This document shows, piece by piece, positions 54,021-64,000 of a stretch of 64,000 nt of DNA; position 1 is the stretch's first letter, and the number at the start of each line of letters is the position of its first letter. The position numbers were made by a program, and so were the translations under genes. The notes beneath the pieces were generated by a model, which was not told the DNA's origin, did not search any database, and saw only the letters and a program-made list of their open reading frames with translations. This DNA is from a bacterium (lineage in GTDB: Bacteria; UBA8248), in assembly GCA_965202625.1 (NCBI GenBank), contig CBDBBI010000010.1, forward strand, positions 608,001 to 672,000, written 5' to 3'.

Positions 54021-54806
54021 TTAGAAAGAAATCGTATTGCTTTTGAATATATCGCTCATCAAATTTTTCTCGCCCGCAAAGTCCTCTACGATGAAGGCGA
54101 AAAACCACGCGCCCTTTTTCCAAAAAGCCAAGCGGTAACCATCTTTTTCAGCTTCATACACATTTTGCCCTTGCACTCGAAAACTGGCCAGCATAGGCAT
54201 GGGATAAGTGATGCCTTTGCTATCTCCGATAAGCAGGGCTGTATTCCTGCCCCCAACTCGGTAGCGAACAAATGCTCCTTTTTGTCCTGCGAATGGGCAT
54301 AGGCGCACACCGATTAGCCTCCCCTGCTGAAATTCAACTGGTCTCACCTCCTGCTGGAATTTTTCATGTAGCCAAGAGGCTACTTTGTTGATATCAGAAG
54401 ATTTGAGGTCGAGTGGATTTTGGATTTCCACCTTATAAATTGTCATTGTTGCAGCAACCAAGCCAGCAGGCATTGTAGCGATGCGGCTATATGTCGTCCA
54501 TCCTCCTATCACCAAGACAAATACAGCAGCTACTACCAGGACAATTCTGCGTGTCGAATGGTGTTTCCGCCATTCGGCTCCCATTGCGCGATGCGCGCGT
54601 TTTTTAAGCATTTCGGAGGCTCTTGGCACGGAATCTCGCATTGCTTCACGAAAAATACGCTTTTGAGTAACTACCCGGTCATGTTCGGCTCGGCACTCAG
54701 CGTCTCTTCGTATCCAAGCCTCTACATCAAGGGTATCCTTGACGTTGAGTTCATCATCAACGTAGGCATCAACGAATCTCATGGCATCTTCACGGTTCAT
54801 ATTCAT
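54021..54806 (-). CDS. Transmembrane anti-sigma factor
   Basis: DAYVDDEL N-terminal ASD-like helix, one TM, 'GRLIGVRLC'; follows an ECF sigma. Confidence 0.8.
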   Translation of the reverse strand: MNMNREDAMRFVDAYVDDELNVKDTLDVEAWIRRDAECRAEHDRVVTQKRIFREAMRDSVPRASEMLKKRAHRAMGAEWRKHHSTRRIVLVVAAVFVLVIGGWTTYSRIATMPAGLVAATMTIYKVEIQNPLDLKSSDINKVASWLHEKFQQEVRPVEFQQGRLIGVRLCPFAGQKGAFVRYRVGGRNTALLIGDSKGITYPMPMLASFRVQGQNVYEAEKDGYRLAFWKKGAWFFAFIVEDFAGEKNLMSDIFKSNTISF

Positions 54807-54942
54807 CTATCCAAAATTGAATCTATTTCATTGTGCCAAAACTTCTTTCGTCAAAGCCAGCGTAGACGAAATTCATCATTACTGTTATCAACATGATGAT
54901 TTCAAAATAATTTCCTGCGCATGCGATATCTCATGGATTTTG

Positions 54943-55515
54943 CTATCCCGAATTATCATAGGTGCTCAAAATGCCGCGCAGCATCCTTCTCGCTCGATAC
55001 AATCGAGACATCACCGTGCCGAGTGGACAATCCTCTATGTCGGCAATCTCCTTGTATGAAAACCCCTCGACATCGGATAAAATAACGACTCTTTGAGATT
55101 TTTCTGGCAAACTCGACAAGGCATTTTTGATTTCTTCACTCGTTCGTCGATTGAGGAAATCCGTCTCCGGCTCTTGCCTTAAATGAGATTGGACGACTGC
55201 ATCAAGTTCGTATCTATGAAACTCGGGCTCGTCGATCCCCACCGTATTCGGTGTTCGCGCGTGTTTCCTGAATTGGTTGATATAAGTATTTTTCAGTATT
55301 TTGAATAGCCAGGCGCGGAGATTCGTCCCAAGTTGAAATTGTTGATAGAATCGAATAGCTTGCACGTACACATCCTGCACCAAATCCTCTGCATCCTGTT
55401 GGTTTCCCGTCATGTGGACGGCACTGCGATAGAGCGCATCTATATGTATTAAGGCTTGGGCTTCAAAATCTTTTTTTGATCTAGTCACTTCGGGCGAACA
55501 ATCTACTAATTTCAA
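54943..55515 (-). CDS. ECF sigma-70 factor (SigR/SigH-like)
   Basis: DAEDLVQD, GTNLRAWLFKILKNTYIN, SYKEIA..CPLGTVMSRLYRAR. Confidence 0.92.
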   Translation of the reverse strand: MKLVDCSPEVTRSKKDFEAQALIHIDALYRSAVHMTGNQQDAEDLVQDVYVQAIRFYQQFQLGTNLRAWLFKILKNTYINQFRKHARTPNTVGIDEPEFHRYELDAVVQSHLRQEPETDFLNRRTSEEIKNALSSLPEKSQRVVILSDVEGFSYKEIADIEDCPLGTVMSRLYRARRMLRGILSTYDNSG

Positions 55516-55960
55516 GTATTACTTCAAGTTCTACAGGGGCTCCCAACGGGAGTTCAGCTACGCCGACCGCTGTTCTGGCGTGTCGGCCTTTCTCTCCGAA
55601 GATGTCGATAGCCAAATTGGACGCCCCATTCAAGACAAGGGCTTGATCTGTAAAACCTTCCGAAGAAGCCACATAACCACTTATTCGGACGATTCTCTCT
55701 ACATGCTCCAGATCGCCGAGAGCCGCCTTCGCCTGGGCCATAGCATTCAAAAAACAGACCCTGGCACATTCTTGGGCCTGAGCCACGTCGATGACATGCG
55801 AAACTTTTCCCATATAAAGCAATTTGCCGTCTTTTAGTGGAATTTGGCCTGAAATGAACATCAAAGATTGAGAGATGACATATGAAACATACGCCCCGAC
55901 AGGTGTTGGCGCATCGGATAGTTCTATTCCCAATTCATTCATTCGAGTAGAGACGTTCAT
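55481..55960 (-). CDS. RidA/YjgF family protein
   Basis: PVGAYV, SGQIP, NGASNL, HARTAVGV.ELPLGAPVE. Confidence 0.9.
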   Translation of the reverse strand: MNVSTRMNELGIELSDAPTPVGAYVSYVISQSLMFISGQIPLKDGKLLYMGKVSHVIDVAQAQECARVCFLNAMAQAKAALGDLEHVERIVRISGYVASSEGFTDQALVLNGASNLAIDIFGEKGRHARTAVGVAELPLGAPVELEVILEISRLFARSD

Positions 55961-56580
55961 TTCGTTTTTCCTGTTGCCCACATTGCTTGTATCTTTTCGA
56001 ATTCTTCTTTTGTGTTCGCGTTTAAGAAAGACGCCGCATTTGGATCCCATACTCTCCATGTCGCCTCGTCCACCTTTCTGACACGCGCCTCGGTGTGAAA
56101 ACCTACCATTTTCAAGTCTCCTGTCGAAATGGATTTTTCAATATACGTTTTACATTTTTTCCCGTAAAAAGCACAAAGTGGCTCAGGGTGATTATTTTTT
56201 ATGGGGATAACCACATCCCAATCGTTCACCATGGAGGCGATGCCAGATATGAGATTAGGTTTTAGCAATGGCATATCACATCCCACCACGAAAACATGGG
56301 AGCCTTTAGCGATCGCCACAGCCGAATGCAGTCCCCCCAACGAGTCATAGCCCGGATAAATGTCCCCCACTACGGAAAAACCCATTCGCTGATATTTTTC
56401 TTTTTCGTTTGCTATGACGAAAACTTCTGAAAATATCTCGTCCAAGATGTTTGCTATGTGTTGAATGATGGGAAGTTTCCCAATCTTGAGCATCGATTTG
56501 TTTCGGCCCATTCGGCGACTCTGTCCGCCCGCTAAGATAGCAGCCGAAAAAGGTAATTTACCCTCTGTTTCTGTGCTCAT
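55957..56580 (-). CDS. mobA: Molybdenum cofactor guanylyltransferase
   Basis: ILAGGQSRRMGRNK, GCDMP, EPLCAFY, NANT. Confidence 0.9.
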   Translation of the reverse strand: MSTETEGKLPFSAAILAGGQSRRMGRNKSMLKIGKLPIIQHIANILDEIFSEVFVIANEKEKYQRMGFSVVGDIYPGYDSLGGLHSAVAIAKGSHVFVVGCDMPLLKPNLISGIASMVNDWDVVIPIKNNHPEPLCAFYGKKCKTYIEKSISTGDLKMVGFHTEARVRKVDEATWRVWDPNAASFLNANTKEEFEKIQAMWATGKTK

Positions 56581-56626
56581 GATATGTTTCAGGCAGCGGA
56601 CACACGATCCTGAATCAAATGGTATT

Positions 56627-57898
56627 TCAGGTATGCGTCCGCTCAAGGGAATCCACTTTGAGGCGCTCCACAGGTGTTTCAGTAGATGATTCATTCAACA
56701 GAATCACCTGGACGCGACTCCCAGTGGCGAGTTCTGTTTCAAACTCCGGGAATATGACCAGCCCATTCGCGCGAACCATGGAATGCAATATATTGGAACC
56801 TTGAGCTTCGATTGCTCGGACCACCCACCCTCCTTGCTCTCGGTATGCGACAGAGCGCACATAGTGGCGCCTCTCGGGCGATTTGGTAAGCGGATGAAGA
56901 AGACGCGCCTCTACTGTCGTGCGGAACAACCTTTTTTTGCGTTGCATTTTTAAGAGGGCTGGCCGGACAAACAATTCAAAGCTGACCATTGTGGAAACGG
57001 GATTTCCCGGCAAGCCGAACACAGGCTTGCCATTTAACGTTCCAAAAGCCATCGGCTTACCGGGTTTCATGCGGACACGCCAAAACCGCATATCGTTGCC
57101 AAGACCGCCCAATGTTGATTTGACCAAGTCGAAATCGCCTACCGACACACCGCCACTTGTTATCATCAGATCAGCGACTAGCCCATCATTGATGTGGCGC
57201 TTTAAATCTTCCGGGTTGTCCCGGGCAATGCCCAACAGAGTAGGTATGCCCCCGGCCTCAATAACCTGGGCAGCTAGGGCATAGGAATTAGAGTTGAATA
57301 TCTGCCCAACACGAGGGACATCTCCAAGATCGATCAACTCCTCTCCCGTCGCCAGGATCGCCACCCTTGGTTTTTGATAAACATACGCGCTTGCCCGGCC
57401 GATGTTCGCCAGCATACCAACTGATGCCGGCCCTAAGCTCATTCCTTCCGCGAGAACGGTTTCACCTATCTTCACATCTTCGCCCGACGGCCTAATCGCC
57501 TCTCCTCTCTGAACCTCAAAAAAAACATGAACTTCATCGCTTGAAATTCTTTCCGTCTCCTCAATCAATACAACAGCATCTGCTCCATCGGGAATAGGGG
57601 CTCCCGTCATAATTTTAATTGCATCGCCTGGCCCAACTTTATGCCCCGCTATGACGCCAGCTTGAATCTCTTCTATTACTTTCAACTTCCTGGGAGTTTT
57701 ACGAGTGGCGTTCCTGACGTCCTCCGCCCGCAAAGCGTATCCATCCATCGCCGAATTATTCCACGGCGGGATGGGACTCAATGAGCGCACATCTTCCGCT
57801 AGCACCCTGCCCAAACAATTCAGCAAACCTACTCTTTCTCTACCCATCGGTTGAATGAATTCTAGTATGGCCCTTTGGGCATCTTCTACGCTAATCAT
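56627..57898 (-). CDS. moeA: Molybdopterin molybdotransferase
   Basis: SAMDGYA, IMTGAPIP, SGGVSVGDFD, KPGKP, LPGNPVS. Confidence 0.95.
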   Translation of the reverse strand: MISVEDAQRAILEFIQPMGRERVGLLNCLGRVLAEDVRSLSPIPPWNNSAMDGYALRAEDVRNATRKTPRKLKVIEEIQAGVIAGHKVGPGDAIKIMTGAPIPDGADAVVLIEETERISSDEVHVFFEVQRGEAIRPSGEDVKIGETVLAEGMSLGPASVGMLANIGRASAYVYQKPRVAILATGEELIDLGDVPRVGQIFNSNSYALAAQVIEAGGIPTLLGIARDNPEDLKRHINDGLVADLMITSGGVSVGDFDLVKSTLGGLGNDMRFWRVRMKPGKPMAFGTLNGKPVFGLPGNPVSTMVSFELFVRPALLKMQRKKRLFRTTVEARLLHPLTKSPERRHYVRSVAYREQGGWVVRAIEAQGSNILHSMVRANGLVIFPEFETELATGSRVQVILLNESSTETPVERLKVDSLERTHT

Positions 57899-58459
57899 CC
57901 ACAACTCCAAGCACTCAAAAGAAATCGGCACCATCCTAAATGCAACTATTATAACCTAAGGCGGTCAAGGAACAATCGAAACAACATGCAATTCTAAAAC
58001 GAAACTTCACGTTTGCGAGGTAATGAAATTTTGATTTGAAATGCTCTATGCCCAAATAGGAATTTAAATTTAGATACAAAAGTGAAATACGTGTTCGGTT
58101 TGGAAGGGAGTTGTGTTTACCCATTGGGAAAAGTACGAAAGTGCCCGTCCCTGCCTACATTCACGATGCAATTAGAGAATCCGAATCACAAGCAGACTTT
58201 GAATAGACGTAATCACCTCAAGCGGGGGAGAAAAACACCCAATTGTTCGTATTCCATCACGTAACATTATTAACCAAACGACAACTTACAAATCTCTTTT
58301 CTTTTCAAGTTGTCATGGTCGCTTGCTATAAAAGGTGTTTGGGGCGCAAAAGAGAAAACAGAAGGGGTTGAGTTCGTCTTTGTTTAACGTTAGATAGGGA
58401 TAATGTCTTTTGCGTCGGAGCCGCACAGTATCCCGCAACATACAAAAGGAGGAAGCACT

Positions 58460-59458
58460 ATGAAACTGCTCCAAAGTTCGAGGGGGACCATTAGGATTCT
58501 TACTCTCGCGCTGAGTCTGTTCATCACTGCTGCCCTTGGAGCGGGACAGGCTTTCGCTGAGTGGAAGCCGATGCGCCCAATCGAGTTCATCATTATGGCG
58601 GGCAAAGGTGGCGGTGCGGATCGCATCGCTCGCTTGATGCAAAAAATTGTTACCGAGAACAAATGGTCGCCACAGCCCCTAGTTCCAATCAATAAAAAAG
58701 GAGGGTCTGGTGCTGAGGCCATGCTCTATCTTTACTCCAAGAGAGGTAACCCCCACGTGATTCTCGTTACCTTGAACAGCTTCTTCACCACTCCCGCCTT
58801 GCGAAAACTTCCCGTCAATTACACGAAACTGACGCCAGTCTACAGGTTGGCTATGGACACTTTCCTTCTTTGGGTGAACCCTAAATCAAGGATCAAGAAT
58901 ATCGACGATTTCGTGAAGGCTGTAAAAGCCAAAAAAGGGAAATGGACGATGGGCGGCACAGGGAAAATGCAGGAGGACCAGCTCGTCACCAACATGTTGA
59001 TGCAGGCGTATGGTCTTGAAGGCATGATCACTTACGTGCCTTTCCGTGGTGGGGGCACCGTCGCGAAAAATCTTGCAGGTGGACATATCGATTCCACAGT
59101 GAACAATCCATCCGAGGGACTTCCCCACTATCCGGGCAAAATGAGGCCGATCGCCGCATTGACGCCGGAACGGATTCCTGCATTCGGCGAGGTTCCCACT
59201 TTCAAAGAATTGGGGAAGCCACAACTCGTGTATTTCATGCAACGCAGCATCAATGCGCCTGGAGGCATCTCGAAAGACGCTCTGAACTGGTATGGTGATT
59301 TGTTCTCCAAGCTCTGTAATTCTGACGAATGGAAATCTTATACGAAAGAGAAATCGTTGAATCGCGCTTGTTTGAGCGGCGCTCCCCTCGGGGCATTCTT
59401 CGCCTCTGAGGATGTAAAACACAAGCAACTGCTCAAAGGCATGGGACTGCTGAAATAA
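58460..59458 (+). CDS. tctC: Tripartite tricarboxylate transporter substrate-binding protein
   Basis: Signal peptide, GGGADRIAR, YVPFRGGG, VPTFKELG. Confidence 0.88.
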   Translation: MKLLQSSRGTIRILTLALSLFITAALGAGQAFAEWKPMRPIEFIIMAGKGGGADRIARLMQKIVTENKWSPQPLVPINKKGGSGAEAMLYLYSKRGNPHVILVTLNSFFTTPALRKLPVNYTKLTPVYRLAMDTFLLWVNPKSRIKNIDDFVKAVKAKKGKWTMGGTGKMQEDQLVTNMLMQAYGLEGMITYVPFRGGGTVAKNLAGGHIDSTVNNPSEGLPHYPGKMRPIAALTPERIPAFGEVPTFKELGKPQLVYFMQRSINAPGGISKDALNWYGDLFSKLCNSDEWKSYTKEKSLNRACLSGAPLGAFFASEDVKHKQLLKGMGLLK

Positions 59459-59475
59459 CTTGGAGAAGAATGTAG

Positions 59476-59967
59476 ATGCAACGGGCGGATAGGGTTGTCG
59501 CCGTTGGACTGATTCTTCTATCCCTTGGCGTCGCCTGGAAATCAACGGAGCTACCCGTTGGCATCCTCCCCAAAGAGGGGCCAGGAGGAGGATTCCTCCC
59601 CTTCTGGCTCTCTTTGGGGATAGCTGTCGTGTCGTTGCTCATATGGCTTGAATCGCTTTTTTTCTCGAACCGAAAAAAATCCCAAAGAGATGACTCGAAA
59701 ATTTTCGTGAGTAAAGAAGGTTTGCGAGATTTATTGCGCGTTGGCATCCCCAGCATGCTTATGATTCTTCTCGTCCCCATCATCTCCGTGTATTTCTCCG
59801 CATCTCTTTTTATCTTTTATTGCTTGTTCCGCGTCGGACGACACGGATACAGCACAAGCCTCGCCGTATCGGTAAGCGTTCCTGTCGCAGTGTATTACAT
59901 GTTTGAGAAGTTTTTGATTATCCCCTTACCAAAAGGATATTTGGATTTCTTATTTTATTGGAATTGA
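59476..59967 (+). CDS. tctB: Tripartite tricarboxylate transporter small subunit
   Basis: GPGGGFLPFW, four TM helices, PLPKG. Confidence 0.85.
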   Translation: MQRADRVVAVGLILLSLGVAWKSTELPVGILPKEGPGGGFLPFWLSLGIAVVSLLIWLESLFFSNRKKSQRDDSKIFVSKEGLRDLLRVGIPSMLMILLVPIISVYFSASLFIFYCLFRVGRHGYSTSLAVSVSVPVAVYYMFEKFLIIPLPKGYLDFLFYWN

Positions 59968-60055
59968 TGATTGTATTCTATTTGCTTCCTTACCATTGAA
60001 AAAAAAGATCTGCGACCGGAAAGGAAAGCGAAATTTATCATAAGGGCCAAACAAG

Positions 60056-61588
60056 TTGGAAATTCTTGGAAATCTATTTTACGGCTTAGGAATTGCACTT
60101 TCTCCTCAAAATCTTTTGATGGCTTTGTTCGGCGTTATCTTGGGCGTTGCTATTGGCGCGATGCCAGGACTGGGTTCTGTAAACGGGGTTGCCATCTTGC
60201 TCCCCATCACTTTTGCCGTTCCTCCTACTAGCGCCATCATATTCTTGGCGGCTATCTATTATGGCGCCATGTATGGAGGCGCGATTAGCTCAATCACTCT
60301 AAATATTCCGGGGGCATCTACCGCCGTTGCGACTACGTTCGACGGTTACCCACTGGCGAGAAAAGGAAAAGCCGCCGATGCCCTTGTCACCGCTGCGGTG
60401 GCCAGTTTTTTGGGCGGAACGTTGTCCATTGTCCTCTTCACTTTTTTTGCACCGCCCCTAGCGGACTTCGCTCTGCGCTTCGGTCCGCCTGAGGAATTCG
60501 CCGTCGTGCTATTGGCCTATGCCACATTTGCGGGATTAGGGGGTGAAAATCCTCTAAAAACGATAATCGCCACCATGCTGGGTCTACTCATGTCCACCGT
60601 GGGTACCGACATCGTGAGCGGCTCGCCACGCCTGATATTCGGAGGCATTACAGGCTTCTATCACGGTATCAATTTTCTCGTTTTAGCGATCGGAATTTAT
60701 GGTATCGGCGAAATTTTTTACACCCTAGAAGAAGGGATGTCCAAAAGAGAAAGGTATCAGACAAAACTCGGGGTCAAAGAGGTCGTCTCTACCTTAAGGG
60801 AACTTTCTAAGTACTCTACCACTATCTTGAGAGGGTCTGTTTTGGGGTTTTTTGTCGGAATGCTTCCCGCCGCCGGCGCAACGCCGGCGAGTTTCATGAG
60901 CTACAGCATCGCCAAAAGATTTTCAAAAAATCCAGATGAGTTCGGTCGAGGCACCATCGAAGGAGTCGCTGCGCCTGAGTGCGCCAATAATGCTGCGAGT
61001 ACAGGGTCGATGCTCCCTATGCTGACCTTGGGAATTCCAGGCTCCCCGACCACGGCAGTGATGCTCGGAGCTTTGTTTGTATGGGGGCTTGTGCCAGGGC
61101 CCCGGTTGTTTGTCGAAAACGCAGAGTTTGTTTGGGGTCTTACCGGGAGCCTCTACATCGCCAACACGCTGGCGGTCATAGTCGCCATTTTCGCCGTTCC
61201 TATTTTCATCTGGATGCTCAGAATGCCCATGACGATCCTTGCTCCGGTCATTCTGGTTGTTTGCGCCGTGGGGGGTTTCTCGCCGACTCAGGATATGTTT
61301 GACGTCTATCTAATGTTCATATTCGGCGCGGTTGGATATGTGTTCCGAAAGCTGGACTATCCCCTTGCGCCGATGGTGTTGGCTTTGGTTCTAGGAGGCC
61401 TTACCGAACGCACTTTTCGGCAGAGCATGATCATGAGCCATGGGAGTCCCGGCATTCTTTTCGATTTTGTGGGACATCCCATCGCAGCAACACTCATGAT
61501 GATTTCCATCGCCTTATTCATCACACCGCTCGTGCCCGTGATTTTCAAACTCAAAATTTCTCGCAAAGGCACGACATCCTCATCCTGA
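60056..61588 (+). CDS. tctA: Tripartite tricarboxylate transporter large subunit
   Basis: GAMPGLG, YYGAMYGG, APECANNA, LGIPGS. Confidence 0.92.
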   Translation: MEILGNLFYGLGIALSPQNLLMALFGVILGVAIGAMPGLGSVNGVAILLPITFAVPPTSAIIFLAAIYYGAMYGGAISSITLNIPGASTAVATTFDGYPLARKGKAADALVTAAVASFLGGTLSIVLFTFFAPPLADFALRFGPPEEFAVVLLAYATFAGLGGENPLKTIIATMLGLLMSTVGTDIVSGSPRLIFGGITGFYHGINFLVLAIGIYGIGEIFYTLEEGMSKRERYQTKLGVKEVVSTLRELSKYSTTILRGSVLGFFVGMLPAAGATPASFMSYSIAKRFSKNPDEFGRGTIEGVAAPECANNAASTGSMLPMLTLGIPGSPTTAVMLGALFVWGLVPGPRLFVENAEFVWGLTGSLYIANTLAVIVAIFAVPIFIWMLRMPMTILAPVILVVCAVGGFSPTQDMFDVYLMFIFGAVGYVFRKLDYPLAPMVLALVLGGLTERTFRQSMIMSHGSPGILFDFVGHPIAATLMMISIALFITPLVPVIFKLKISRKGTTSSS

Positions 61589-61602
61589 TAAGGACCATAA
61601 CG

Positions 61603-62496
61603 CTAGATGTCCGTTGCACAGCGAAAACCAATGTTAAAATTCTTATACCATGGCTCGAAACCCTCTCGTGCCGAACATCGTAAACTGTCTTCGATATAAT
61701 CCCAGCCGCAACCACGTGCGACTTTAGCAGTCCAGGCATAACCCGCCCTGCGCGGGAGCCAACCTTCATTATCTCCAAAGCGAATCTTGTAGCTGTCTTT
61801 GTCTCGCTGGAGGATTTCGTAACGCTCACCCCTCTTGACTTCACCGATCCTCAGCGTTCCTCCACCTGGAACCGCAAATACGGGAACCTTCGACATCGCC
61901 ACTTCAAAGGTTGGCCGATCAAGCCCTCGTGGGTTTTTCGAGGGGCCTGTCTGATAATAGAAACCATCAAACCAATCTGAGACCCACTCAAATACGTTCC
62001 CCGCCATCTGCACACACTTATAGGGAGAGGCGTTTTCTGAGAATTCATGCACATTTACGGGGCAATGGATATCAATTCCCGTATAAACAGCTCGTTGATG
62101 AGTAGGTTCATCTTCTCCCCACGGATATTTTCGTCCATCCGTTCCTCGAGATGCTTTTTCCCATTCCGCCTCAGTAGGCAAACGCTTGCCCACCCATTGA
62201 GCATAAGCGTTCGCCTCCTCCCAACTAATGCTGACGATCGGCTGGTTTGGTCCCACGAAATCATCTTTTGAAAATGACGGGGGGGGAGGAAACGCGCTGC
62301 TTCCGTCCAAAAAGGCGCGATACTGCGCATTGGTTACGCAATATTTGTCGATCCAAAAGGCGTCAAGCGTGACCTCGCGTTGTGGTCGCTCGTCTGCGTT
62401 TCCGGTATCTGAACCCATCAAAAATGGACCGGCTGGCACATACAACATCGTAGAGCCGTTTTTCCCTCTTACCTCAGATATTTCATTCATCTCCAT
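61603..62496 (-). CDS. FGE/SUMF1 family protein with an inserted SH3-like domain
   Basis: FLMGS, RLPTEAEWEKASRG, MAGNVFEW, NIGFRC. Confidence 0.88.
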   Translation of the reverse strand: MEMNEISEVRGKNGSTMLYVPAGPFLMGSDTGNADERPQREVTLDAFWIDKYCVTNAQYRAFLDGSSAFPPPPSFSKDDFVGPNQPIVSISWEEANAYAQWVGKRLPTEAEWEKASRGTDGRKYPWGEDEPTHQRAVYTGIDIHCPVNVHEFSENASPYKCVQMAGNVFEWVSDWFDGFYYQTGPSKNPRGLDRPTFEVAMSKVPVFAVPGGGTLRIGEVKRGERYEILQRDKDSYKIRFGDNEGWLPRRAGYAWTAKVARGCGWDYIEDSLRCSAREGFEPWYKNFNIGFRCATDI

Positions 62497-62533
62497 CCCT
62501 ATGTTCTATCCGTTCGTGTTTTCAGATTAGGAG

Positions 62534-62563
62534 AAAAAGGACGGGGCCCCTCCAGGCCCCGTC
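62534..62563 (-). terminator. Rho-independent terminator after the oxidoreductase beta gene
   Basis: GACGGGGCC/GGCCCCGTC stem followed by a T-run on the minus strand. Confidence 0.75.
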
Positions 62564-62598
62564 TCAAAACTTGCTCGTGAATATATTTCCACATACCA

Positions 62599-63627
62599 CT
62601 ACTTTTCGCTGGGGTCATTCACCTTAAAGGGAATCACTCCGGGAACCATCCAGTCGTTCCACATTTTATCGACTTCCTCTTGGAAGTATTCGTAGTCTTG
62701 ATCCTCGAAATGATGGAAGCGACCCTGCGTCTCCAGATATTCACGAACCAGCTTGCGGGAACGCTTGCCGTATACTTGCCGCGCGGAAATACCTGTATAG
62801 GTGAGCTCCCCATCCATCATCTCCCACAGCGGGAAAAGACCAGTTTCCACCGCCAATTCGCCGAGTTTGTGAGAATAAAAAGGATCATAATCCCAACCCT
62901 TTGGACATGGATCCAGTGTGTGTACGAACGCCGGGCCCTTCACGGCGAGTGCCTTGCGCACTTTGTCAATTAAGTCCGCGGGATAAGAAGCATCTGCTGT
63001 CGCCACATAGTTGCAACGCGTATGTCCGACAGCATACATGGCCGCAATGTTCTTTTTCCAGCAATCATGCATGATGCGAAATTTTTTGCCCGGTGGCGTG
63101 AAGGTCGTGTTCGCACCCCATGGGGATGCTCCTGAAATTTGGATGTCTGTGTTCGCATATGATTCGTTGTCGTAGCAAATGATCGCCAAGTTGTATTTCG
63201 CGTGCATCAGCGCCGCGGATATGGACGATACGCCCATATCGATACCGCCTCCATCTCCGCAGAAAGCGATGACGTTAATCGGCTCTTCCTTCATTTTTCC
63301 CTTTCGCATCAACGCCCGAAGGGCCGCCGCCGTGCCCGTCGCGGCTGAACCAGAGGAGCCCAACTGCGTGTGCATCCACGGCACCACCCAAGGGGTGCTG
63401 TAATACGTGGTATTCGCCACGTACATACACCCCGTGCTTCCCAGGATAATAGAGCGAGGGCCCGCCGCTTTGGCCATGAGGCGCATGATGAGAGCACTCT
63501 CACAACCCTGGCAAGTTCTGTGCCCACTGGTAAAATACTCTTCTACCGCTTTCTGCGGGATTGCATTCACTTTCCCCATCAAGGGAAGTTCTTGTGTTCC
63601 AATGTTGTACTCAGAGGTTTCCGCCAT
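62599..63627 (-). CDS. Pyruvate/2-oxoacid:ferredoxin oxidoreductase beta subunit (TPP-binding)
   Basis: GHRTCQGC, GDGGG...YDNESYANT, PCPKGW. Confidence 0.9.
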   Translation of the reverse strand: MAETSEYNIGTQELPLMGKVNAIPQKAVEEYFTSGHRTCQGCESALIMRLMAKAAGPRSIILGSTGCMYVANTTYYSTPWVVPWMHTQLGSSGSAATGTAAALRALMRKGKMKEEPINVIAFCGDGGGIDMGVSSISAALMHAKYNLAIICYDNESYANTDIQISGASPWGANTTFTPPGKKFRIMHDCWKKNIAAMYAVGHTRCNYVATADASYPADLIDKVRKALAVKGPAFVHTLDPCPKGWDYDPFYSHKLGELAVETGLFPLWEMMDGELTYTGISARQVYGKRSRKLVREYLETQGRFHHFEDQDYEYFQEEVDKMWNDWMVPGVIPFKVNDPSEK

Positions 63628-63629
63628 GA

Positions 63630-64000
63630 TTAATCCCTCACTCCGATCCAACCGACTTCGTTGTCGGCGCTATCGTTATGGACGATGGAAAATACTTTAT
63701 CAGCCATCAATTTGACGTCTTCAAGCAATACTTCTCGGCCACCGAGGCCACAAACAAATCCTTTCATGTAAGGCGCCTTTTCCGCCCCATACATAGCGGC
63801 TTTCACTTCATTAAAAAGGATACCACCATGATAGGGTGAACCGAAAGAATAGTCGCGGTCAATAACGCCGACTGCCTTGAAGCGCGAAAGCGATTCTCGC
63901 AACTCTTCCGTCGGGAATGGGCGAAACCATTTTAGGCGAACCAGTCCAACTTTTTTGCCTTCTTTGCGCATTTCACGGATGGCGACTTTCACCGGCAGGC
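63630..64000 (-). CDS. 2-oxoacid:ferredoxin oxidoreductase alpha subunit, C-terminal part (runs off the window)
   Basis: KVGLVRLKWFRPFP, VIDRDYSFG, GLGGRE. Confidence 0.85.
   Translation of the reverse strand, partial: LPVKVAIREMRKEGKKVGLVRLKWFRPFPTEELRESLSRFKAVGVIDRDYSFGSPYHGGILFNEVKAAMYGAEKAPYMKGFVCGLGGREVLLEDVKLMADKVFSIVHNDSADNEVGWIGVRD

Noticed and set aside
57936-58400. AT-rich intergenic region between moeA and tctC
   Set aside because: Consistent with divergent promoters; no repeat or RNA structure could be supported

Overview
A 64-kb bacterial chromosome segment, mostly housekeeping and catabolic genes. It carries bioB, apt, nlpD-like, metY, pcm, surE, a GldA/GldF-GldG/DUF4340 ABC operon, FbpABC with a DtxR-type repressor, secA, lgt, mobA/moeA, TctCBA, 2-oxoacid:ferredoxin oxidoreductase, three tRNAs and many pseudogenes. 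The most unusual part is a ~600-bp strand-skewed insert (568-1179) between a YfgM-like TPR gene and bioB. It is bounded by a 9-bp direct repeat (GTATATTAT) that is the core of XerC/D dif-like sites, with a third dif-like site inside. It holds two degenerate tandem copies of a module of tiny minus-strand ORFs (hydrophobic and Arg-rich peptides with ssDNA-phage-like T-ending codons) downstream of a sigma70-like promoter overlapping the dif. It has no integrase, Rep or capsid gene. Other notable signals are a DUF3179 gene read through a UGA in a U-x-x-C motif with a downstream hairpin (probable selenoprotein), an orphan CIRCE operator upstream of the Gld-type ABC operon, a frameshifted GmrSD-type restriction gene, an SH3-like insertion in an FGE/SUMF1 protein and a DtxR with a Cys-rich tail. 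All calls were made by eye; no searches were run.
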